Shown here piece after piece: positions 12,785-26,776 of a stretch of 64,000 nt of DNA (the stretch's first letter is position 1; each line of letters starts with the position of its first letter). The translations under genes and the position numbers were made by a program. The notes under the pieces were generated by a model, which did not search any database, was not told the origin of the DNA, and was given only the letters and a program-made list of their open reading frames with translations. This DNA comes from Eledone cirrhosa (Eukaryota): the NCBI GenBank assembly GCA_964016885.1, contig OZ024746.1:65100001-65164000 (forward strand), written 5' to 3'.

Positions 12785-13838
12785 TATATATGTATGTATG
12801 TGTTTGTATGAGTGTGTGAGAGAATTTATGTGTGTGTCGGTGTAAGATATAATCAACGGCAGCACTACAAAATCGACAAATATCTGAAACAGATGGGTGT
12901 ACGGAAGGCTCTGCTAAGCTGATGTTCCTAAGATGCAGTAGATGTCAGAGTCTGGTGCGGTAGTCCTACGATAGTTTAAGGAATTACTTTCTTTAAGTTG
13001 ACAACGTTCCAGATACAATTTTGTATTTTCTGGCGTTGTTAGGAGTCAAACTATTATATACTCTCTTCCTTAATCAGAGAAGAGGGAAAAAAAGCTTGAA
13101 ATAATTATTTCTACTTTTGGCGCAAAGCCAGCAATTATTCCAGTGCATTACTGGTACTTTATTTCATCGACCCCGTAAGGATGAAAGGCAAAGTTAACCT
13201 CGGCGGGATTTGAACTCAGACCATAAAGGGCCGTAACTCTTTGCGTCAAAGCATGGCGTCCGACCCTCTACCGATACTGCCAATCCACCACCCTTTGAAA
13301 GCTTGAAATAATAATTGAACTTATCAAACTATTCTGTGAAGTCTGGCTTAGACAAAATGTTGTTGAAGTTTATCTTCATTAATATCTCTGGATTCCTGAT
13401 GACAAATATAAAATATTGTAATTAAACAGGTCTGTTTAGAAGACGGTGACGATTGAAATTTGAAAATTGTAATAGTAGCTTTCACATTATTCTTTACTAC
13501 AGAAAATAAGAAGCCCTCAAAACAGAAGAAAATGGGCATTAGCTCGCGTCAGAATCGAACCCACAGCTCGTATTGTCCGGTTACGTGGACAATAAGAGAT
13601 GTGGATTCGATCCCTCCGCGTGCTGAGACCCATTTTTTTCTGTTGTGAGGGCTTATATGCCCTGCTATTAAACTAGTAAAAAATAAGGCGAAAGCTACTA
13701 ATTTAATTTTTAAATGATATATTTTATCACCTACCTGAAATTTGTGGACTTTCCCCATAGCCAGAAATTAGTAATGTGTTATAGATAATGGTATTCATAC
13801 TGTATGTAATGAAATCTTCCTCTATTATTTCTCTGTAG

Positions 13839-14010
13839 GAACTTATATTGGTTGTTATGGAGACCGAGACCCTTACAGAGCCATGAACCGAACCCAACGC
13901 TATGTTGCTTCTATAATGACAGTCGAGTTGTGTATTAAGCACTGCTCCAAGTTCCGTTATGCAGGACTGCAATATGGCACTGAATGTTTTTGCTCAAATA
14001 ATTATGACAG
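13839..14010 (+). CDS. WSC-domain protein, exon E (WSC3 N-half)
   Basis: ctgtag acceptor, gtttgt donor; 172 bp like exon A; TYIGCYGDRDPYRAMN...MTVELCIKHCSKFRYAGLQYGTECFCSNNYDR (missed by the ORF track). Confidence 0.9.
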
Positions 14011-14167
14011 GTTTGTAATTTGGTTTTAGTTTCACCATTGTGAAAAGGTCATTTATTTTAGAAGTAGACAACACCCACTCCGAACCTCTCTCTTAATTGA
14101 ACTCTGCCAGCCTAACCCCTCAGTCCCTCCCTCTCTCTTTCCCTCTTACATATATATTTGTATATAT

Positions 14168-14402
14168 CAGGGGCGGTGGAAGCAATTCTGAATTGGCGTG
14201 GGGGTGAATTTGGACAATTTAGTTGTAGTGATTAGTTTAGGCCCTTTGCACTCAAAAATGGTCAGAAAACTTCGATATGCGATAAACATAACATGTACAT
14301 AAATTGTAGCGGATATCCCAATAGATGTGTGTTTTGGTAGTTTGGGGAGAAATTATAATTATTGGAGGAGGAATGCCCCCCCCCCTCGCTCCACCGTCTC
14401 TG
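14168..14402. mobile_element. Short DNA-transposon MITE
   Basis: Imperfect TIRs caggggcggtgga / tccaccgtctctg in TA-rich flanks; TSD not clean. Confidence 0.55.
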
Positions 14403-15508
14403 TATATTTATAATTCGAAAAAAAAATTATGCTCTGTGCCCTTTCTCAAATGGTTAATATATCGAGCTTCTTCTTATTTGGTAAGAAACTAGTATTATAT
14501 CAAATTTATTCATCTCCTATATATATATTGATTTATTATGGTTATTGGTGAGCTTTCTTACTCTAAAGTTTCACCTGCGCACTCACAAGATCACCAGTTT
14601 TGTCTGATGATCATGTGACTATGCAGGTGAGACTCCAGAGTAACAAGGCATTCTTAGGTCCCTCAATAATTCACGTACTCTCAGGTCTTGAACAATCATC
14701 CCCACCCCCCGCTTATTAATTTGTCAGATTTAAGTGATTCATATTGATGCAACATTATATATGACGAAAGAAGAATATCACAAGAAATCCCATATTTATG
14801 AACGTACACTATACAATTACTGATTTCCCAAGCCCCCCCCCCCCCTTTATTACCCTCCTCCTATTATTTGGGACCCGAGAGTGCCACCAAACTCTCCTTC
14901 TCTCTGAGTCTATCACACAAAACTCTTTTTTAATCCCCCTCTCTGTATCTACTAAAACCTAACTCTACCGCTCTCTATATCTACAACGACACTGCCTCTC
15001 TCATCCCACTCTCTATATCTATATACTCATCCTTTTTTTTCATTCAGAGGTTTTTTAAAAATCCCAACTAACAGACTCATTCTATTTACTCAAATACGGC
15101 GTAAGCACGTGTTACTACATAATTTTGAAATTCACTAGCCGTTTATAAACAAAGCCTGCTTTGTGTCTCCCTATTTATATATACATATATATATATACAC
15201 CTGCTATTGTTTTATAGCTTCTAATTGAATCGAAGGAAGAATGACTAGTGTGTTGGTGTAATGGTAACATATTCGCTCGACAAACCAAAGATGTGGGTTC
15301 GTCTCCCATGTACGTCAATACTCATCCTTTTTTTTCCCATTCAGAGGGTTTTTTTAAAAATCCCAACTAATCCGACCTCTCTTTTTATAAATATGAGAAG
15401 ATTCAGGACGGAGCTCAGCTGTCGGGGTCCTGAATCTACTCTACTATCCCAAGTATCGAGTACTCTGGTGAGTAATGGTCTAGCTGGTTTTCACCACATC
15501 CTACCTCT

Positions 15509-15547
<39 letters not shown>

Positions 15548-15669
15548 ATGTGTGTATTTGTTCTCGGTATGGTGAACTGACTGTTGTGGAACTACTTCTA
15601 TATGTTTGTGTGTATATATATATGTGTGCATTTGTTCTCGGTATGGTGAACTAACTGTTGTGGAACTAC

Positions 15670-15719
<50 letters not shown>

Positions 15720-15910
15720 ACGAGTCGCTCTAGATTCAATCGGGGGTAACCACAGTTAGTAAATTACTCAATGCATTAGTAGAGTGTAAACGTCATGTTT
15801 AATATATATATATATATATATGTATATATGAGTCTGTGTATGTGTGATTCTGTTTTGCTGGTACATGCATATTGAGACATGTTATTTTTCTAATTTTTAA
15901 CCAAATTTAG

Positions 15911-16032
15911 ATATGGAAAGTCAGGTTTTTGTTGGGCAAAGTGTTCTGGAAATACAACACAAATATGTGGCGGTAATTTGGCAAACAGCGTTTACAGTAC
16001 CGGAGAAATAGGCAGTTTTGGAATATATGAAG
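15911..16032 (+). CDS. WSC-domain protein, exon F (WSC3 C-half)
   Basis: tttag acceptor, gtaaat donor; YGKSGFCWAKCSGNTTQICGGNLANSVYSTG; phase 2 to 1. Confidence 0.9.
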
Positions 16033-16953
16033 GTAAATTCTGTTTTATTTTACCTTTTTCTAGTTACATACAACGCAATATACTTGTTTCTATAAGACCA
16101 GCAATTTGAAGGCAGAGATCATTATTAATCGAGGTTATCCTTGCCTTTCATCCTTACGGGGTCGATAAAATAAAGTACCAATAATGCACTGATAATTTGC
16201 TGTCCTTGTACAAAAAGTAGAAACAATTATTAATAAAAGTAATGGTAGTGGATTGACATTAACGCTAGATGGTCTGACGCCATGCTTTACAGCAAAGAGT
16301 TACCGCCCTTTATAGTCTGAGTTCAAATCCCGCCGCGGTTAACTTTACCTTTCATCCTTACGGGATCGATAAAATAAAGCACCAGTAATACACTGGAATA
16401 ATTGCTGGCCTTGTGCCAAAAGTAGAAACAATTATTAATAAAAGTAATGAATATAATTTCTATCAAAGGCATAATATTATCAAGAGTGGTGGGTTAACAA
16501 TCATTACAACGTAGGGCAAAATGCTTTCCAGGATTTATATAAGGTCTTTTATGTTATGAGTCTAAACTCACGGAGGTCAGTTTCTCCTTTCATCATTCTG
16601 GGGTCAATAAAATAAAGTGCCAATCACGTACTGCAGCTGATGTAATCGACTTCCAGCCCCGTCTTAAATTGTTGGCCTAGTGCCTAAATCAGAAACTATT
16701 GTAGAGGGTCGGACGCCATGCTTTCTAGCATAGTTACGTCCCTTTACGATCTGAGCTCAAATCCCGCCGAGGTTAACTTTGCCTTTCATCCTTACGAGGT
16801 CGATAAAATAAAGTACCAGTAATGCACTGAATAATTGCTGGCCTTGTGCCTAAAGGAGAAACAATTATTAATAGTAGTAATGAATAAAAGTTTTTCTTAT
16901 TCAGATATTGTATTTAACTATGTCTTAATCCATTTTCATTTGGTTTCTTAAAG

Positions 16954-17237
16954 GATCCTATCTAGGTTGTTGGTTAGATGATAACCCATTTGGAAACATG
17001 GAAGGTTCTAGTATCCGCATTAAAAACATGACTGTTGATGTGTGTCTGGCTTTCTGTCGGATAGAAGGATATGACTTTGCAGGTTTACAAAAAGGACTGG
17101 AATGCTATTGCAGAAGGAAGTACAAGACAATTCTTCAAGCTGAAAGTTTCTGTTACCTTCCTTGTTCGGGGAACTCACTTACAGTATGCGGAGGGCATTC
17201 TAGAAATTCAATATTTTCAGTAACAGGAACATATTAA
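16954..17237 (+). CDS. WSC-domain protein, terminal exon G (WSC4, stop TAA)
   Basis: ttaaag acceptor; SYLGCWLDD...MTVDVCLAFC...FAGLQKGLECYC...CYLPCSGNSLTVCGG...; AATAAA at ~17402, ~17537, ~17620. Confidence 0.85.
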
Positions 17238-18101
17238 TGCCCTCCCTTGGTTTAATGCAGTAATTAAGAAAAGTATAAGCAGTCTTCAAGGAATTCCTTC
17301 TGTTACTCGTTAAATGAATTAATGTAGATATTTACAAATATTACTCAACGTGTTTCAAACATCGGTATATCTACTGAATATTTTACCAATGGATGTTTTT
17401 GAATAAATATTACCCTAATAATTTTCGCGGTGTTAGAACGTATAATTTGCTGAAGCTCCAACAATATTAAATTGTGCTCAGAGTTTAAATCTCATTGAAG
17501 CGGTTCTATTCTTCCAGTGAGATAAAATTATGAATCAATAAAATGCATATAAAATTCAATCGAATATTTCACCTTCATATAATTGGCCTTGTATCTATGA
17601 AAATACATCATTATTGCACAATAAAATTTGTTTTCTGATACATGTATTCAGCATTGCATATTTGAGTTGTAACAAAAACGCAACTATTACTCTTGTACTA
17701 TTGTTTTATTCTCTAAATGTATTTGCCTTAAGAATTTATTTAGCGAAACGATTACATACAACTTTTATAGTCGTATTTGTTAATTTCATTAATTTGTGTA
17801 AACACCAGAAGTGTTTGATTATTACATTTATTGTGACCTATATACTGTCGACATATATAGAAACTGGAAAATAAAAGATGAATCCCTCACCATAAGATAG
17901 AGAGCGAAAGAGAGAAATAGAGAGGGGTGGGGAGAAACAATGAACATTGCATAGAAGAATCAGCCCCAGAAGTGGATTAATATTTTATTTATCGACTTGG
18001 AAAGAATGTAAGATAAAGTTAACCTCAGTAGGATGTCAAATCTAAGCGCAAAGAGCCGGAACGAATAACGCAAAGCATTCGATTCCACGTTCTAACAATT
18101 C

Positions 18102-18136
<35 letters not shown>

Positions 18137-20033
18137 TATAAATAAACGAAAATTTTATCTGCGAGTCTCCAGGAATAAATTGCTAAATGTCAATATTTAA
18201 TTATTGTGGTCTATATAAATGGCTATTTCTTTTGCTGCTCGGACTCTACACATAATACTAATAGTATCAATATTAGTGCTATATTACAACGTGACCCGTT
18301 GGGTCACGTTCACTTCAAAATATTCTTTTAAAAATCATGTTCACTTAAAAATAATTTTTAAATAATTAAAATATACACAGACATGTATATAATGCGAAAT
18401 GAAACTGGAAGGCCCATATATATACTTGTGTGTATATATATGTGTATGTTTGTATACATACACTGGTCATAGACCACCCACACATATACACACTCACATA
18501 TATATACACACACACTCACATATATATATATATATACAACAACAACACCAGCTCTCTCTCGCCCATCCCCCTTCTCCGTCTCCTTCCCTCACTCCGTGTC
18601 TCTCTTTCTCTCTCTCTCTCTGTTTATGAAGGTACCCGGAAAAATCCCATATCTTGCGAACCCGTAGTCCGATTTACGTGAAGATTGTTTTATTCCTTTT
18701 GTATTCCCATTTCAGGGTCAACTTCCTTTCAAAGTATTTTGGCTGTATTACATTACAGACAAGGAAGCAAGCAAGCAATCACAGAGTTTTAGTAATATAT
18801 AGATTTCAAGATAAATTTCTATTTACGCCAGGTCGAAAGCAATTAACATTAAACACGTAGCAGACACCAGTGACCTTTATTTATGTTACACGTGTATTCT
18901 CCACTTGAACAGCACACTAGTAATTGGCTCTAAAGCATTGACATTGATCCCTTTGATTGCACGTCAACAAGCCTCCTGCATTGTATTAAATAAAAAAAAA
19001 TTTGTAGTTGCCTATATATGGATAATATGGTTGTGTTCCAGACAACCGCCTTATACTTTCATTAATATTTAAATGATCTTCAAACCAATAATCTTTCAAT
19101 CATCTGTTTGCTTGTGGTGTTATTCTACTTCCCCACTCGTCTTAAACATACAGAGAATAATCATTTTACTTTGATTCTTTTTGTATAAATTCTAGCTATT
19201 ATCTTTTTTTTTAGAATATCGGGTGGTTTTTCTGCTAGCATGTATAGTGTGTATATTGATATGGATTACGTTACTGATTACATAAGACAGTGTAACAACG
19301 TCTTCGTTCTATTTCTGTTTATATTGTCAATTACGATTTTATTTGATGTATCATATCTACATGTATATATAATTGTGTATATTGATATTATACGCAAGTA
19401 TATATACATGTAGATATGATACATCAAATAAAATCGTAATTGACAATATAAACAGAAATAGAACGAAAGACGTTGTTACACTGCCTTATGTAATCAGTAA
19501 CGTAATCCATGATACATTAAAAAAAGACGATATTGTATATAAACTGCATTAGCAGAAAATTAGTTACAGAAAATTAGTATCTTTATTTAAGTGATCGCCA
19601 CCGGAAGTGTTAACATCACACACTCTCTCTTTCTATATATATGGTAGTCGAAGTGGTGGTGGTGGCAACGATATACGTTTATGTGTCTATGTATATATGT
19701 TTATACGTATGTGTGTGTGTGTGCCTGTGTGTATGTATTTATATATGTATGCATTTGTGTGTGTGTGTGTATATATGTGTATGTGTGGATAAGCCAGGTT
19801 TCTCTCATCCTGAAGATTGTAGGAAAAATTTTTTTTTGCTTTTAAGAAACCCTTGGTAAATGGAATAATTGCCTTATGTTGCTTTAATACTTTACTACTA
19901 TATATACGTATATGTAAGGTCCTTATGATTTATCTAAGATTGAGTTTTACATACACACACGCATATACGTGTGTGTATGCGTATGCATGTGTGTGGGCGT
20001 GGTTGTGTATGTGTGTATATGTGTATATGCATG

Positions 20034-20080
<47 letters not shown>

Positions 20081-20625
20081 GTATATGTGTGTGTGTATAT
20101 ATGTGTGTGTGTACATATGTGCGTGTGTATATATTGATAATTGTATATGTGTGTGTGTGTGTGTGTGTATATATGTGTGTGTGTGTGTGTGTGTGTTTGT
20201 GTTCTGTTGTGCGTGTTTATGATATATACGTATTTGTATGTGTATAATTGTTTAGCTATGTATGTATATGTGTGTGTATGTGTACGTGTGTATATATATG
20301 TGTGTGTGTACGTTTGTATTTATGTAATTATATGTGTGCTTATGTATGCATATATATGTGTGTGTGTGCATATAGTTGTATACACATGTGTGTGTGTACA
20401 GATTGTACACTTGTGCGTGGTTATGCATGTATGCGTATGTATGCGGTTATGTATTTGTATTTGAAAAATCTTTTTTATGTGTGAGAGTGTGTGAATGCGT
20501 TGACTATTTCGTGCGTATGTATATGTGCTTTTGTGTGCGTGTATGTGTGTGTATATATGCATGTGTGTGTGTGTATGTGTGTGTGTGTATATATATATAT
20601 ATATGTATGCGTGTGTGTGTGTAGA

Positions 20626-20701
<76 letters not shown>

Positions 20702-21072
20702 TTTGTATATGTTTGTTCTTAGAGGAACAAAGGCAGACAGATTTCTGTATTCAGACTGGAGCCAATCCTTATCTTTAGCTTTCTCTTTAGCTTACAGGTG
20801 TCGGTAAGATCAGTATGGGGTCAGTCATGGTAGATAGATTTGGAGGAAGGGGAGATTCCTTAAAAGCTAAATTCTTAAAGGTTCTAGTATATTGACGAAG
20901 GTTTAGGGAATTCTGTGGACAATTTCTAAGTATAATCTATACAACTGTAGCCATAAATTCACGAGACACTTTCAACAGAACATACCCTGCGCGTATGCGC
21001 GCATGCACGCACACACATGTGTATGGGGGAAATATATTTATATTTGTATACGCGTGCGTGCGCGCATACACA

Positions 21073-21137
<65 letters not shown>

Positions 21138-21144
21138 GCGTGTG

Positions 21145-21201
<57 letters not shown>

Positions 21202-21340
21202 GTGTATGTGTGGTTGTGTGGGTAGTCTTATTTTGATTTTGTTTTTATTTTTTCCTTTCCTTCTTCCTTCCCCAGCCTCACTTTCATATAGCTTGCTTTT
21301 TTTGTTTTTAAGATCCAAATTCAATAAACAAACCAGGATT

Positions 21341-21398
21341 TTCGTTCTGAGGATTGAAAGCAAAACCTTTTGCTTTTAAGAAACCACTGGTAAATGGA
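21341..21398 (+). ncRNA. Type I hammerhead ribozyme at a PLE-type 3' end (weaker sibling at 19804-19864)
   Basis: Stem I ttcgtt/aatgga; CUGAGGA 21347-21353; 11-bp stem II ttgaaagcaaa/tttgcttttaa; GAAAC-cacug-GUA, cut after 21392. Confidence 0.75.
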
Positions 21399-21451
21399 AT
21401 AATTGCCTTATGTTGTTTATTACATAATAATATATATATATATATATATAT

Positions 21452-22077
21452 ATATTAAGACAGTGGGGAAGAAAAAAATGGCTTCACTTGTGCTTTCAAC
21501 AAATTTATTTTCTTCACAAAATCCAAAAAGAATTTTTTTCCGGATTAGAAAAATTTTTTTTTTTTCTTTTTTAATTTTATAAATTGAGTCGTTGGTTGTT
21601 GGTTAGGTCTTAGGAGTTCTTGGTTAACGTAGGAGGTATTGTTTCGTTTTTAGAAAGACCTTTCACGCTGAGGTGCGCTTGTCAAACTGGTGTGTATGTG
21701 GTGTGTCGTTCTATATATAGGGATTTAACATGTTTGTGGTGCGGTGGGTTTTTTGTTTTTTTCCCCTTTAATAAGTGTAGGGTGTAGGTGTGTTGAAAAA
21801 ATGTTAATAGCAGTAATGAGTTGAGACAGTGAGTAGGGTTGGGTGGGGAGAAATGTAGTAAGTGCGGCCTGCCCCGGTCATTCTCGAAACATTCCTTTAT
21901 TCAGGGAAAATTTATAAAATAAAAAATAAAAAAATTAAAAAAAAATTTTTCTAATCCGGAAAAAAATTCTTTTGGGATTTTGTGAAGAAAATAAATTTGT
22001 TGAAAGCACAAGTGAAGTCATTTTTTTCTTCCCCCCTGTCTTAATATACCTAACTGAACCAAGGATTACACACATTT

Positions 22078-22082
<5 letters not shown>
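21452..22082. mobile_element. Inverted-repeat PLE-type remnant with ~35-nt unpaired tail
   Basis: Arms ~21452-21585 and 21909-22048 inverted; extra tail 22049-22082; (TA)n both sides. Confidence 0.6.
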
Positions 22083-22109
<27 letters not shown>

Positions 22110-23257
22110 GGGATAAAGTGAGAGAATGAAAGAAAGAGAGATAATGATACACAAAAAAGATAGTCAATACGAATTACAAAATACCTTTAACATACGACTG
22201 TTCTAGCCTTACACGCTAAGCTTTGTAACATGCCTATCCTCTTATCTTGTGTTATAACGTTCTCTAGCCTTTATAAGTAGTTGTTAATTACAGATTGGAG
22301 GAGTGTAAAATATCACAAAGTTATGATGCGTAAACTCAAATTTGACCCAGTTTTCTTTATATGTTCACATTTCTTTCTTTTATCTACATACATTCAACCT
22401 AGATCTCCCAGACCTAAATATCTTCTCTCTACACAGCGCCGCATAAGTAATTGGATCAAGAAATGATTAATATGTAGAAATGCATTGGGATGGTGAATTG
22501 TCAGAATTGGACGGGCATCGGATAAAATAGCAAAGCAGTGGTTGCTTTGACTCTTTATATTCTGAGTTCAAATCCCGTCGAGTTCAATTTAACCATTCAT
22601 TCTTCCAGTAACGATAAAATTAAGTACCAGCTAAGCTTTTGAGTTGCTTTAATCAACTTTATCGTTGACATAAATTGACTGGCTTTGTGACTTAATTAGA
22701 AATCAATACAGACAAATACACGAGAAAGAGAAGAATGGAAATCTCATTAATTCTCAGCTGGGTTATTGCAGAGTTTGGTTTTAGTAGATACAGAAAGGGG
22801 GTGGGTGGTTAAAAGATAGTATTGTGTGATAGACATAGAGAGGAGGAGAGTTTAGTGGCACTTTTGGACCCAAAATAATAGGAGGATGGCAATAAGCGTC
22901 GGGGGCTTGGGAAATCAGTAATTGTATGGTGTTCGTTCGTCAATATGGCATTTCTTGTAATGCTCTTATTTTGTCACATATAATGTTTTTTAAATGTAAA
23001 ATAAAATAATTATTAGATTCTCCAGCTGCTGCATCAATATTAATTACTGATTCGTTTGCAATTATACAAACAAGCCTCAATTTTATAGCCATGTCAGTAG
23101 AATGAACCCTTCATTCTTGCTTTTGTGTTCACATGCCAACAAGAGCAAGAATGAAGGGTTCATTCTACTGACATGGCTATAAAATTGAGGCTTGTTTGCA
23201 AAATTGCAAACGAATCGAATGTTATTTTTGACATTCGAAAAACCCAGATTACATTTA

Positions 23258-23334
<77 letters not shown>

Positions 23335-23394
23335 TATATGTATGTATGTATGTGGGTTTGTTTGTAAAAATATGTAAATATATGTAAATATATG

Positions 23395-23461
<67 letters not shown>

Positions 23462-24699
23462 GTATATATATAAAGAAAAAAAGATGAAATCGAAAATGCA
23501 ACTGGAGTCTTATTTGAAAAAAATATATATATATTTATTTGGTTCATTTACCGGTTTCGCAGTTCTTCTGCTTTTCAAAAGTAGAGTTGAGATGGAGGGT
23601 CTGTGGTTTTTCTAACATCTGGTTGGTCTTTGAATGTTACTTGTTTTATATGGAAAAAAGTGGCTCGAAATGCCAGGTTTTTAGAGAAGTAATTTGATTG
23701 GTTGGTCAATAATTATAATAAATTTCGCGCCAGTTCGCGTTACAAAGTTCTTCAAACAAGGGGGGGGGGGGGGCTCAGGTTGTTTTTTTCATATATGAGT
23801 GTTTGAATTTCTTTTTACTTAAAAAAAGGGGCTCACGAAGGCTTTTTTTAAATAAACTGAATTTGATTGGTTATAAATGAAATTATGGCTGTCACGTGAA
23901 CAAGTTTTCATTAAATTTCGCGCCCGTATTTGGTAATTTATTCTGTAGCCTTTTTATAGAATTTTATGACAAGCAAAAGATAATCGTCAAGAAAAATGGG
24001 ATGGGAGAATTGTTCTGGTTCAGTGGATATGGTTAGTTCGCTGGGGTGTCAGAATTCAGATTATCTATTGAAATAAAGAAAGTAAAGATATGTGTTTATG
24101 TGTGTGCTTGTGTGTGTGTGTGTGTGTGTTTGTGTGTGTATAGGAAGATGATTCTATTAGTAGAAATGGGGGAGGGAGTTGTGTGTGTGTGTGTGTGTGT
24201 ATGGGTGTTATGTGTGTGTGGGGGGGAGTATGTTAAGATGGAGCGAATATATATATTTTGTGTGTGTGTATATATGTGTGTAGGAAAGTGATTCTATTAG
24301 TAGAAATGGGGGAGGGAGTTGTGTGTGTGTGTATGTGGGGGGGGGGGTTATGTGTGTGTATGGGTGTTATGTGTGTGTGGGAGTATGGTTAGCATGTTAA
24401 GATGAAGAGAATATATATATATTGTGTGTATGTGTGTTGGAAAATGATTCCGTTAGTAGGAATATTTTTGAATGAACTTATTTTCCTTACTTATTCGTAT
24501 TTGTTCTATTGTATTGTCAGCGCAAGCGTATGTTAAGGTTTATTTAGTTAGGGTTTTTATTTTCTAAAGTAGCAGGTGTTATGTGTGTGTGTATGTGTCT
24601 GTTTGGATGGTTAGTATGTTATGGTGTTGACATAATGTATATTAAACCATATTTAATGCTGGTCTATATTTTTGAATAAACATATTTTCCTTATTTATT

Positions 24700-26776
24700 C
24701 GTATTTATTTGTATTGACACCGCAAGGTAAAATTGGAAGACTTGGAATTTGGGTCTCTTATTATTTGCGCATATGTCTAGATGTGCGCTTAGTGGTATCT
24801 GTCTCGTGGTTGGATCTCGTAATTGTTGGCGATGAACTGTCATTCTGTTTCTGAGTGTGAGTTTATTTTGTCCTATATAATCTTCATTTCATCCTTTACA
24901 TTTATTGGCATAAAGTAGATTTTTTGATGAGCAAGTGAAGGGATTTTTTACAGCAAAATTTTGTCCTCATTTAAATGTATACGTGTTGCCTTCAATGAGG
25001 TGAGTGCAGGTTCCACAATTAGAGCACCCACATTTTTTGACAGTTGGTTGTGGGTTTGTGGTAGTTAATTTGGCATTGGTGAGTAATGTTTTCAGTGATT
25101 TCGGTTGTCTTTTGCTTTTGATTATTTTGTGTGTTTCAAGGGCTTTTTTCATTCTTGGGTCTTGTTTTAGTAGTGGGATGTTCTTGTGAATAGTGTTGTA
25201 AGCTTCCGCATTTCTTGGGTTATGTGTTGAGATATATGATAGAATATTGGACGTACCTTGAATTTGTTTCTGTTTTCGTAATTCATCAATGTCTATTGCT
25301 TTAGCCCTTTCTATTCCATTATTTATTAGTAATGGTGGGTACTCTCTTTCGAGTAGAATTTCCTTTAATTCTTGAAGTCTTTTATTTCGCGTTACATAAT
25401 TTGAGACAATTGTGCAAATTCTTCTTGCTAGATTAAAAGGAATGTTCATCTTCGTGTGCTTTGAATGGTTGGAGGTGAATAGCAGGTATTGTTTGGAATC
25501 TGTTGGTTTGTAGTGTATGTCAGTTTCAATATTTGTGGAAGTTCAATCCGTATTTTGATTTGGACTGTTCATATATCTGGACTTCTAAGTATGCCATGAC
25601 TAAGTTGGCATAAGTTGGAGCGGCTTTTGTACCCATCACAGTCCCCGATATTTGCTTGTAAGTACTGCCATCGAAATAAAAAAGTTGTTCTGTAAGATAA
25701 ATTTTAATCCCTCAGTGATGAAACTTTTTTCTATTCTGCCAGGTATCTCATTGGGATATTTCTCTAGCCAGAATCCTATTGCTTCTAGTCCGTATTGGTG
25801 TGGGATCGTTGTATAGAGATTCACTACATCGAAAGACACAATAATAGTGTCGTTGTTAACATGTTTGGGGAGGTGGTTTAAGGGGTGCAGATCGTCTCTT
25901 ACAAGGCTTGGTATGTGTTTGAGAATTGGTTTTAGTAGTATGTTTATAAAGTTGCTCAGTTTGTTTGTTTCACATTGTGGGCCCGCTACAATTCGTCTTA
26001 ATTTAAGGTATGTGGGGTATTGTGTGTTCACGCAGGCTGAGGTGGATTGTTTACAGGCATCGTTAATTATTTTACACTTGTGGATCTTCGGAAGTCCGTA
26101 AAGGTTGCTGGTTTTGTATTCAAAATGTGTTAAATAATCGCGTTTCTTTTTAGTTAAGTCTTCCTGGTATCGACAAATCAGTGTGTTTAATCTGGTCATT
26201 GTTTTTGATTGCTGGTAGTTTTTTACTCTTTCATAGTAATTAGTATTTTGTAAGAGAGAGAACATAGATTTTTTTATATTTTTCAACATCCATAATGACA
26301 ACACTACTTCCCTTGTCCGTTTCCTTAACTATAATGTCCGTATTGTTTTTTAGTTCATGGATAATCTCCCATTCCCTTCGACTTGTGTTGGGTTTGGGTT
26401 TAGGTTGCGGTAGTTCATGGTATGGGAAAGTAGCTACGTGGTCACAAAATTTGTCCAGAACTCTGTTTCTACTTTTTGTTTGGTTGTAGCTGCTTTTATT
26501 CCGTACAATTGATTGGTCGTTATTCTCCTTGTCAAAGAATTCCTCTGTGAGACGTAATTTTCTACAGAAGTGTGAGATATCGTCATTTATCTCGTTGAGG
26601 TTAGAGTATTGTGGTGTTGGTGTGAATTTCAGTCCTTTGGAGAGAATTTTTACTTGTTGGGCTGAGAAGTTTGTATTTGAAAGGTTGATTATTTTTGGTT
26701 TTTCAAAATCGGTTTGTGCCATCTGGGTCCTGTAGCCTTGGTCTAAAAAATTATTTTTTTGGAATGTTTTTTTCAA
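24700..26776 (-). pseudogene. PLE RT + GIY-YIG endonuclease, frameshifted
   Basis: LSKGLKFTPTP, DKG, LYGLPKIHK, SFDVVNLYTTIPH, MGTKAAPTYANL, C..CGTC knuckle, NLLY...YIGQ; deletion around the catalytic YxDD region. Confidence 0.88.

Noticed and set aside
15248-15318. tRNA-like sequence (tggtgtaatggta...gggttcgtctccc)
   Set aside because: Acceptor and anticodon stems do not pair; a decayed tRNA-derived repeat at best
18287-18311. Hairpin aacgtgacccgttgggtcacgtt as a Helitron end or terminator
   Set aside because: No downstream CTRR or second copy in the window to define an element
21975-22020. Possible hammerhead (gtgaaga...gaaagc)
   Set aside because: G3-G8 mismatch and no stem III/NUH site
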